Under the pieces are notes generated by a model that did no database searches, had not been told where the DNA came from, and saw only the letters and a program-made list of their open reading frames with translations. A DNA stretch of 64,000 nucleotides, taken from contig JAUCBJ010002989.1 in assembly GCA_032718475.1 (NCBI GenBank), forward strand, positions 1-64,000, read 5' to 3'. Of the stretch, positions 13,501 to 25,500 are shown one piece after another. Within the stretch, counting starts at the first letter, position 1, and every line of letters starts with the position of its first letter. The translations under genes and the position numbers were made by a program. The DNA comes from Nemertoderma westbladi. Lineage: Eukaryota > Animalia > Xenacoelomorpha.

Positions 13501-16500
13501 ATGAAATCACCAACCATGAAAACCCCCCTAACAAAATGTTTAGCTAGTTGGTGTGCTTTCCTATTACTTTGACATACAGATCGCTGGACAGACAGAAAAA
13601 CATACAGACATAGTAGGTTTTGTTAAAAGTGAAACCTGACATCGTAAATGAAATTTTCACAGGCACGGAGTAAGGTTTTTACTCATAACTTTTGAACTAA
13701 ATCAGATCAGCACCAGTGGTAGTTTAGGCTCCATCACTGCAACATAGACCAACCGCCACCCGGCACCCCCATCTAATTGTTGAACATGATCCACATTGAA
13801 TCCATTGTGGAGGAATTATTTAATTTTAATTTTAAAATGCTAATCTCTCCCGGCCGATCATGATCCAATGGTATATACTTTTACTGCCTGTAGATTATTT
13901 TACATAATTAATTAACCGTTGTTTTTGTGCCTTCAGTTTAATGTTCCTTTATTCTACTTGAGCTACCGATACAATGCCATCTGAATCCGTCTATATTCGT
14001 ATATTGCATAGTACTCTGACACTGACAGCTCTGCAGACCATTATGTGGTCTTCCGCACCATGTATATGTATAACCGATTAATATGATATCGTGTTGGGGT
14101 GAAATCTATGGTGAAATTTTTCCAAAAATGTCAAAAAATATTTTCTTTGTTTTAACATTGTAAACGTCTTGATAATGTTAAAATTAGACATCTATTTAAT
14201 ATTACATCAAAAAACGTGAACCAATTATAGACACAATTTGTAAAGTACAATCTAATTATATTAACTGTACAGTAGCTTAATATTATATTGATTAACACAG
14301 TAAAACTTTATTCTTTATTAAATATGCTTCGAAAAGAACAAGGGTAAAACAATGAAAAAGTGTAGCACCAGAACTAACCTAAAAATACTAAAAAAATAAA
14401 AAATTTTAAAATCTAAAAAAAAAATTATTTTCTAAAAAATAAAATTTGGCGCCTAATTTGCATTATTAAATCTGCCACTTTTCAGTTTGAAAACTAGAAT
14501 TTTAAGAAAAATAGAAAATATTTATTTTTAGTGGAAGATGGGCGTTAGTATTTGGAATTTGTCACGTTCAAGCTTGTAAAAGAAAATCCACCCCACCTCT
14601 CGATTCGGACTACATTGTTGCTCATTAATGTTGTATTCACCCAAACATATTTTTGTACACCCACCCTAGTCTGCAGGAATTTATTTTTGTTTATCCAGAA
14701 TAGTGCAGGAATTTTCTCAGAAGTTTGGCAGTTCCATTGGCGGGGGAGCCTCCGATGAAGATATCAACGTAGACCAGCTCTGTGGGGGGGCTAAAATCAA
14801 TAGAATATTCGTCGAAAGACTACCTTATGAGATCTTGAAGGTACCCGACAGTCCCCACTCAAGCCGTGTGTAATTCTTGTAGATTTGATCTAGGCAGTCA
14901 TTCTTATAACCTCGATCGCGTTTTACTATACACCCTCGTTTCTAACTAATTCATCGCTTTGCTCCTTCATAATTGTAAATTATCTTTCATATGATAATTT
15001 AATAACTTATTTTAAATTAATTATTGAATTGTTTGAGCTTCATTTCTAAATAATCACTATATTTTCTTATAAATAGTTAAATATCTATCTAAAATGATCT
15101 TTAATTATAGTTGTGATTGAATAAATGGAATATAATATTAATAACTTTGGTGATTATTTAGTACTTTGTCGCCGGGACTTGTGAACGAATGTATTGCCTG
15201 ATCACAATAATATCTTTAAGGTTTCTCTTTAAGAATATCCACGTCACTAAATAATATTCCAATTAGGCTCATCTCTTAACAGCTGTATCTTAATGAGTAT
15301 TAATTTGTCCTGATATTTCTAACGTGAGGTTATTAATGACTTGGCCTTTACTTGTTACTGTCAACGTGAGGTTATTAATGACTTGACCTTTACTTGTTAC
15401 TACCACTTAAGTTCGCATTGCTTATGCTAAACTGTTTTTGTTTACGTGTGTTTTCTCTGAAAGGTGGATGGATTTGTATCTCCTAATATGTCCGCGATTG
15501 CAATATTTATCAATTTTGGTTGTTTTGGCTCTCTATTTACTGGTTTGTGTATTATTATTACCCACTCAGTTAAATTGGCAATACCAAAAGTCCAAAACCA
15601 CCATAATATAAAGTCAATCACCTTGTTCCGAATATGAATCGAGAGATTTAGATTCCAATTAAATCTCTGATACTCTTTTTTCGCATTGTTAACCTAAACC
15701 AACGGCACCATAGAGATACAAGATCGGATAAATAGAGAGACTTCTACGTAATCAATGTAAGAGAACAATTACCCAAAGGGGCGGTAGAATCCAAAAACGG
15801 GCGAAATATTTATTTTGTGTAATCAAGAATAAGTATTTATATCAGAGATTCAAGACTGCCTGTTTAAAACAACATTATTCTCAGTTTGTCGATAATGACA
15901 TTTTCATAAATAAATTACCTACAACTTTTTTATCCTTCTCACAATTCTAGTCACCTAGTAGACTAGAACCGAACTGTTTAGCCGTTATATGGCTTCAATT
16001 ATTGTGAGTATTTGTTTTTTATTACGTGCCCATTGTGATGTTCTAGAACAGATTTAGTAAGTGTAACCCCCCTTTGTACATCTTAAACTTCTCTTATCTC
16101 AAGAACAATTCAGTCAAATTTGTTGATATTTGGCAAGCGTGTAATATATATAATAATTATTAAGTAATTTTAAACAGGACTAGGATGATCCATATATATA
16201 GCAATATAATTTATACAATCTATGGATATTAAACCATAAACAATAAGATATAATAACTATTTACATACTGGTGATCCGAATCAATCCTTGATTGATTGTG
16301 TTACGCTAACGAACATATAGTGAGATAGTGCAAATACAGTTACGAGAGTTCCAGAACATATAGTGAGATAGTGCAAATACGGTTCGAGTTCCAGAACATG
16401 TAAAATTTGTTAAAATATTTAAATTATAAATAAATATAGAGAAGATAAGTACCGGTAGTTCATATAAGAGAGACTAAGTAATAGATATCTAAATACAATT

Positions 16501-19500
16501 AATTAAATAATTTAAATAAAAAAAATATGCGTTATATGAGTGCCTGTAGGTGGAAAGCCAGGTGTATATAACGCCAGATCTTATGGTGGTACGCGTTCGA
16601 GAGGAACTGTGCGGCTACACGCCTTCGTTGGTGGGAGAGGTACCGCAGGTTAATCTGTGCGTTTTGGGGTGAATCAATGGCAGCGAGGATTCTCGAGGTG
16701 GAGCTGTACTTTGACAACCCACACCATAGTTTTAAGTAGAAGCCGCGTACTTTATGAACGTGAGGTTGTGTGTTCCATTCTGCTCTCGCTCTGTGTCTAT
16801 CAGTAAAAATTTCACACCCAAAAACGGTTGCTGGGAAGACGACATAGGCCCACTTTTTGATTGCACTGTCAAGTGAGATTGACTTTAGATTTACTTTGCT
16901 TGCAATCCGCAAACTAGAGGAAACTCCGCGACTCTTTAGGTGGTCGAAGTGAGCACCAAAGGTGTTTTTCGTCGACAATACTACCCCTAAATAGGAGAAC
17001 GAGTTAACGAAGTCAACTTAATCACCCTTGTATGTCAGTTTATCGTTGCGAGAAAGGCGCCCTCCCCTTCTAAACTTAATAGCCTTTGTCTTCTTCATAT
17101 TTACGGTTAGTAAATTTTGGTCGCAGTAAATGGACAGCTTATCAAGCGTAGCTTGTACATCTTATTTTTATTATTGTACGTATTTTTGTAATAAATAAAA
17201 CAAGTTGAGATGTTTCAATGTAAAACATCGATTAACAATTTACACTGTTCAATGTAAACCACGATATTAATTAAATACAACAATTATAGTATTATTCTAA
17301 CAGATTTTTATATTTCAAACTATAATGTTAGCCTTATGGAGAATCGTTATGAGGCTGAGTAAACATTCAGCCGTATAAGCATACAGCCTCCATAGTATTA
17401 ATGTTGGCACAAAGATTTCCAAATAAAACAATAATTCGATGAGAGCATAGTACAATACATTGTGTAGCCAACACACTGTTTAACTAACAGTCATTTACCT
17501 TGCACGCCAATTAATTAACATTGGGAAGAGTTATTCAGCTGAGACTGTAATAGCCAGCTAAACCAGTTAATGTTTGCTTACTGTCTGGGTTGTAGAGTAG
17601 AGTGATAATAAAACTTGGCAGAGAAAGTACTTCTTTGTTAGTTGCCCTTCCTATTGAATGCATTACCAGGCCATCTCATATACATTTTTCATGAGTGCCA
17701 GCTGGTATTTTTATCATTGTTTCTATGGCAATTTTCGTGTTTTGGGGCTATTTTTCGAAATAAAACAAGTTGAGATGTTTCAATTTAATCCGCGATTTCA
17801 CAAGTACCCATAGAAATTTATTTTCATGGTCTATTAAAATTTCATCAAAATCGTTAAAGCCGTATTTGCTCTAGATCAGTAGTCAATAGATTTTTTTTCT
17901 TACAGTAATAAAGTCTCTAAAGACTTAACTAATTATTGATGTAAGTTTTTAGAGCCAATGATATTACTTCAGATAATCAGAATATTTATGTGGTTTTTCC
18001 GGCCGTAATTTCGTTTTTTACATGTCATCCCGTTAGGATTCGATGATGAAATTATAATCACCATCTTTCGTATGAGAATCTTGTGATTATGCTTATTAGT
18101 TACACCTGAGAATCCTAGTTACACCTGAGAATCCCACAATTTGTATTTCAGGTAATACGTTTTCGTATTTATCACAATGCACACATCTCCAACCAGACAC
18201 TATATAACATTGGAAGTGTCTCATTGGTTCCCCCAAGCTTGACACTAGAACATAATCGCCCCCGCTTTGCAGGACATTGCTTTCGCCGTGAGGGCCAGCC
18301 AGTGCATAATCTTGTGCTTTGGCAGCCTCATGGAGTGAATAAGCAGGGTGGACAGCCCATGACTTTCTTGAGACGCCTCTTAAAGGACATTGGCCTTGAA
18401 GATGCGGATGATCTAGCAAATTTTATGGGTGATGGGAGTTGTGGCGGCGCAATTTTGTCGACAAGCCGGCGCAGCATGCCGATCCTAGTAGTAGTAGTAG
18501 TATTTATCACAATGTTGTTAATTCTCGGCACACTGCATTATAAGTGTTAATCAGTTGATATAATAAGGCTACCAATTAAAGTCATCCCAAAATTGATAAA
18601 AATTTGTCAAAAAAAATTATATTACACCAAATTAAATAATAGGACCCCAAAAAAATTATTCAACACCAAATAAAATAAAATCACCCCAAATCAAATTATT
18701 CAAACACCAACACAAATTTTTCAACTCCAAAAACAATTATTCAACACCAAAACCAATTATTCAATACCAAATTAAATAAATGCTCCCCAAAACCAATTAT
18801 TCGCACCAAAATAAATGACAAAACCCCCAAAATAAATATATTTTCCCCCAAATCATTACAGATTTTCCCACAACAAATACATTTTCGCCCAAAATAATTA
18901 CATTTTCCCCTAAAACAAATACTTTTTCGCCCAAAACAAATACATTTTCGCCCAAAATAAATACATTTTCCCCCAAAACAAAAAATACATTTTCGCCCAA
19001 AACAAATACATTTTGCCCAAAATAAATACATAATCCCCCAAAATAAATACTACTGCAGCAATAGGCCTAGCACTTCCTGGCAGGCCGACAAAGGCGAAAA
19101 AGGCATTTATAACTCAGTGACTCCGAAATATACAGTTTAGGCCTATAAACAGACTCAGTCACAAACTCTCAGTTTGGTATAAATGTAGGTCCCCTATAAT
19201 ATGATTGAACATTTTATTTGATTAAGTGGAAATAAATTTTGCAAAAATAAATTTTCCATAAAATATTTGGTGCTGGAATAATTTTTTTTGGTTGACAAGT
19301 GATTATTTTTGGGGGATGAATATCCCCACTGAATGAATAATTGTTTTTGGGGAATCAATAATTATTTTTGGGGGAAGAATAATTGTTTTTGGGGGATGAA
19401 TAATTGTTTTTGGGGGATGTATAATTGTTTTGGGGGGATGAATAATTGTTTTTGGGGGATGGATAATTGTTTTTGGGGGATGAATAATTGTTTTTGGGGG

Positions 19501-22500
19501 ATGAATAATTGTTTTTGGGGGATGAATTAATAATTGTTTTTGGGGGATGGATAATTGTTTTTGGGGGATGGATAATTGTTTTTGGGGGATGAATAATTGT
19601 TTTTGGGGGATGAATAATTGTTTTTGGGGGATGAATAATTGTTTTTGGGGGATGAATAATTATTTTTGGGGAAATAATAATTGTTTTTGGGGGATGAATA
19701 ATTATTTTTGGGGGATGAATAATTGTTTTTGGGGGGATGGATAATTGTTTTTGGGGGATGAATAATTGTTTTTGGGGGATGAATAATTGTTTTTGGGGGA
19801 TGGATAATTGTTTTTGGGGGATGAATAATTGTTTTTGGGGGATGAATAATTGTTTTTGGGGGATGAATAATTGTTTTTGGGGGATGAATAATTGTTTTTG
19901 GGGGAATAATAATTGTTTTTGGGGGATGAATAATTATTTTTGGGGGATGAATAATTGTTTTTGGGGGATGAATAATTATTTTTGGGGAAATAATAATTAT
20001 TTTTGGGGAAATAATAATTGTTTTTGGGGGATGAATAATTATTTTTGGGGGATGAATAATTGTTTTTGGGGGATGAATAATTATTTTTGGGGGATGAATA
20101 ATTGTTTTTGGGGGATGAATAATTATTTTTGGGGGATGAATAATTGTTTTTGGGGGATGAATAATTGTTTTTGGGGGATGAATAATTGTTTTTGGGGGAT
20201 GAATAATTGTTTTTGGGGGAATAATAATTGTTTTTGGGGGATGAATAATTATTTTTGGGGGATGAATAATTGTTTTTGGGGGATGAATAATTATTTTTGG
20301 GGAAATAATAATTATTTTTGGGGAAATAATAATTGTTTTTGGGGGATGAATAATTATTTTTGGGGGATGAATAATTGTTTTTGGGGGATGAATAATTATT
20401 TTTGGGGGATGAATAATTGTTTTTGGGGGATGAATAATTATTTTTGGGGGATGAATAATTGTTTTTGGGGGATGAATAATTGTTTTTGGGGGATGAATAA
20501 TTGTTTTTGGGGGATGAATAATTGTTTTTGGGGGAATAATAATTGTTTTTGGGGGATGAATAATTATTTTTGGGGGATGAATAATTGTTTTTGGGGGATG
20601 AATAATTGTTTTTGGGGGATGAATAATTATTTTTGGGGGATGAATAATTGTTTTTGGGGGATGAATAATTATTTTTGGGGGATGAATAATTGTTTTTGGG
20701 GGATGAATAATTGTTTTTGGGGGATGAATAATTGTTTTTGGGGGATGAATAATTGTTTTTGGGGGAATAATAATTGTTTTTGGGGGATGAATAATTATTT
20801 TTGGGGGATGAATAATTGTTTTTGGGGGATGAATAATTGTTTTTGGGGGATGAATAATTATTTTTGGGGGATGAATAATTGTTTTTGGGGGATGAATAAT
20901 TATTTTTGGGGGATGAATAATTGTTTTTGGGGGATGAATAATTGTTTTTGGGGGATGAATAATTGTTTTTGGGGGATGAATAATTGTTTTTGGGGGATGA
21001 ATAATTGTTTTTGGGGGAATAATAATTGTTTTTGGGGGATGAATAATTATTTTTGGGGGATGAATAATTGTTTTTGGGGGATGAATAATTATTTTTGGGG
21101 GATGAATAATTGTTTTTGGGGGATGAATAATTGTTTTTGGGGGATGAATAATTATTTTTGGGGGATGAATAATTGTTTTTGGGGGATGAATAATTGTTTT
21201 TGGGGGATGAATAATTATTTTTGGGGGATGAATAATTGTTTTTGGGGGATGAATAATTATTTTTGGGGGATGAATAATTGTTTTTGGGGGATGAATAATT
21301 GTTTTTGGGGGATGAATAATTGTTTTTGGGGGATGAATAATTGTTTTTGGGGAAATAATAATTGTTTTTGGGGGATGAATAATTATTTTTGGGGGATGAA
21401 TAATTGTTTTTGGGGGATGAATAATTATTTTTGGGGGATGAATAATTGTTTTTGGGGGATGAATAATTGTTTTTGGGGGATGAATAATTGTTTTTGGGGG
21501 AATAATAATTGTTTTTGGGGGATGAATAATTATTTTTGGGGGATGAATAATTGTTTTTGGGGGATGAATAATTATTTTTGGGGAAATAATAATTGTTTTT
21601 GGGGGATGAATAATTATTTTTGGGGGATGAATAATTGTTTTTGGGGGATGAATAATTATTTTTGGGGAAATAATAATTATTTTTGGGGAAATAATAATTG
21701 TTTTTGGGGGATGAATAATTGTTTTTGGGGGATGAATAATTGTTTTTGGGGGATGAATAATTGTTTTTGGGGGATGAATAATTGTTTTTGGGGGATGAAT
21801 AATTGTTTTTGGGGATGAATAATTGTTTTTGGGGGATGAATAATTGTTTTTGGGGGATGAATAATTGTTTTTGGGGGAATAATAATTGTTTTTGGGGGAT
21901 GAATAATTATTTTTGGGGGATGAATAATTGTTTTTGGGGGATGAATAATTGTTTTTGGGGGATGAATAATTATTTTTGGGGGATGAATAATTGTTTTTGG
22001 GGGATGAATAATTATTTTTGGGGGATGAATAATTGTTTTTGGGGGATGAATAATTGTTTTTGGGGGATGAATAATTGTTTTTGGGGGATGAATAATTGTT
22101 TTTGGGGGATGAATAATTGTTTTTGGGGGAATAATAATTGTTTTTGGGGGATGAATAATTATTTTTGGGGGATGAATAATTGTTTTTGGGGGATGAATAA
22201 TTATTTTTGGGGGATGAATAATTGTTTTTGGGGGATGAATAATTGTTTTTGGGGGATGAATAATTATTTTTGGGGGATGAATAATTGTTTTTGGGGGATG
22301 AATAATTGTTTTTGGGGGATGAATAATTATTTTTGGGGGATGAATAATTGTTTTTGGGGGATGAATAATTATTTTTGGGGGATGAATAATTGTTTTTGGG
22401 GGATGAATAATTGTTTTTGGGGGATGAATAATTGTTTTTGGGGGATGAATAATTGTTTTTGGGGGATGAATAATTATTTTTGGGGGATGAATAATTGTTT

Positions 22501-25500
22501 TTGGGGGATGAATAATTATTTTTGGGGGATGAATAATTGTTTTTGGGGGATGAATAATTGTTTTTGGGGGATGAATAATTGTTTTTGGGGGAATAATAAT
22601 TGTTTTTGGGGGATGAATAATTATTTTTGGGGGATGAATAATTGTTTTTGGGGGATGAATAATTATTTTTGGGGAAATAATAATTGTTTTTGGGGGATGA
22701 ATAATTATTTTTGGGGGATGAATAATTGTTTTTGGGGGATGAATAATTATTTTTGGGGAAATAATAATTATTTTTGGGGAAATAATAATTGTTTTTGGGG
22801 GATGAATAATTGTTTTTGGGGGATGAATAATTGTTTTTGGGGGATGAATAATTGTTTTTGGGGGATGAATAATTGTTTTTGGGGGATGAATAATTGTTTT
22901 TGGGGATGAATAATTGTTTTTGGTGAGAGGGATATTCAAAATTGGGGGATGCGAATTGGTGCTACAAAAAAAATATATTTGGTGCAAAATATTTTATTTT
23001 GGTGTTAAATCATCTCATTTGGGGTGGCATTCAATTAGTGGCGATATTATAATAGTAATTTATAGAAATGATTCATTGTAAATATACATTACATACTATT
23101 TCCTAAATAAGTACACATTCTGTGATTTCCACAAGTGAAATGCAAAATTGATGTTTCAATTTAATTTCAATACTTATATCTGTATTATCTATCTATATTA
23201 TATTTTGATACCATCTATCAAAATATATCCTGCTGTTGGTCTTTGTGTGCTGATGATCTAATATCAGGTCTTAGTCCTGTTTAAATTACTTAATCATTTA
23301 TACAATCTATGGATATTAAAACATATAATAAAACACGAAGTGGGGACTTCGCGCAGCACGAAGTTGGCAGAGCCTTAGCGAATTGACACTGTTAGGGGGT
23401 AGGTCAATTTATGCAAATAGTCACGTTGGCCCTCTAGCGGCAGACTGGAGAACTGCAGATGGATTCGCCTCCTTTGAAAGTCACAGCTAATGGTCTAATA
23501 CATATCTGCCAAGTTTCAGCTTAAACGGATTAAAAGCAAAGAAATGGGAGGGCATTTAATGTTTAGACATGTGGCCCTCTAGCGGGAGACCATTGCACTG
23601 ATGGTGTCTGAAAGTCTCTCAAAAATCTCAACTTTTGCTCATATTGATACCTACAAATTTTCAACTTGGCAGCTTTAAATCCGACAAAGTTATTAGCATG
23701 TCAAAATCGTAACGACGACGACGACGACGACGACAACGACGACGACGACGACGACAACGACGACGACAACTATTTGCATAAATTGACCCACCCCCTAACA
23801 GTGTCAATTCGCTAAGGCTCCGCCAACTTCGTGGCTCGCCCCACAATAAGATTCGTTTGCAGTACAGGTCATAATTGCAACTGAATTGGGATACAGATTA
23901 AATCCATCCGTAAGCGCAGACTGTATTCAATAGCAACCGTAAGGTAGCTTACCCACCTATAGCAAATCAATCGGAATGATGCGGGAGCCTCCGTGGTGTA
24001 GTGGTCAGCATACCTGAACGTTTATCGGGAGTCACGGGTTCGTTCCCTGCTGGTGGCGAATTCATTTTTTCCGCTACATTTGCTTATAAGGTTGGATCAT
24101 CCTACGTCCTGTTTAAATTACTTTAATAATTTATACAATCTATGGATGTTAAAACATATAAAACAATATTATTATTACTGATTCAATGATGATATCAAAA
24201 CACCATCTTTCGCATGAAATATATTGATTCTATCCATTATCTGAGAATCTGTAAGGTTAATGTTAAATTTAGTTTTTCCACGTCGAGCTAAACAATGAAC
24301 AATAACAGCTTCTCAGGCCTTTTCTTTTGTTGTTTTACTATCATATCTACCCATTCCCACCTTTACAGACCATTCAGCTGCTATTATTTTACTACACCCC
24401 TAACCATACCACATGAAATCAACCAGATCAATTAACCAAGATTTTTAGAATTCCTTCAAACTTTCACATCTTCCACACATCCATGAAAGAACAAACCTCA
24501 CCAAATCTCAGCCTATTTGACCCAGGCATTTTAATGATAAATATTAGATTGCACTTAATATATGCAGCACTTGACGTGGTAAGATTATGACCAATGTACC
24601 AGGTGTTCCATAGTGATTGCCCCCCCCCCCCCTGGCCAGCCAAAACTGCCAGACATGCACCTTAGTGCAATATATCATTCGAAAGATAATTTAAATCTGA
24701 GCTTGCATTCAAAAATTTAGGGTCCAATACAAAAGTATAACAATTTTATTTGCTATTCTTTAAACCAATCTTATTTTTCAAATTTTTTGATTTAATCACA
24801 ATTAAAAAAATATAATTTATCCAGCGTTAGTCATCAGCTTTGCAGCCATGTTATCCCTAAAGTGCATGTCTGGCAGTTTTGGCTGGCCAGGGGAGGAGGG
24901 GGGTGGGGAATCATTATGGAACACCCGGTACATAACCTAACTTACTTAATTAATAATGAAATTTGAAACAGAGTCAGTTTCACATCCCTCCTCCTTGCTG
25001 GGGGAGCCAGAATTTTTATTTTCGCTTTCATTCTTTAGCTACAAGTGTTTGAAAAAGGTGTCTCCGGCGATATTTCACAGGTCACACTGCAATCATTCTA
25101 CAACCTTATTGTGATTTGATGGTACCAATAGAAAGCTGACCATGCAAGGATTCCAAATTTGAATTTGGTTGGGAAATAGCTGAGATATGGGCATTCGAAA
25201 GTGGCATGTATTTGCTTCCCCCTGTAGGCCATTTATTCTATGTAATAAATGTATCATAATTCTAGAACATTTTGTTTATTCCATACGTAGCTGGGCAACA
25301 ATGCAATACCTCTTTAATTATACTACTACGTAGCTTTGGATTAGATAGGAAAGATTATGACCTATGTACATAACCTAACTTAACATATCGGTTGTTAATA
25401 CTACTTTCACGTTGAATAAACGATATCTTCCCACTTTCGTGGGGCCTTAGCGCAAAAAGAATTAATCTTATCGCACGGGTACCACAATTTCAACCGTTGC

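Noticed and set aside
19333-22987. Long ORFs (MNNCFWG)n and (KTIIHPP)n, up to 693 aa
   Set aside because: By-products of a stop-free 21-bp repeat inside an intron, open on both strands.
23661-23846. Arg-rich protamine-like ORF
   Set aside because: Translation of the (ACG)n microsatellite within a mobile element.
23987-24058. Functional tRNA-Asn(GTT)
   Set aside because: Non-canonical anticodon loop (no U33) and mismatches in the acceptor and T stems; kept only as a relic.
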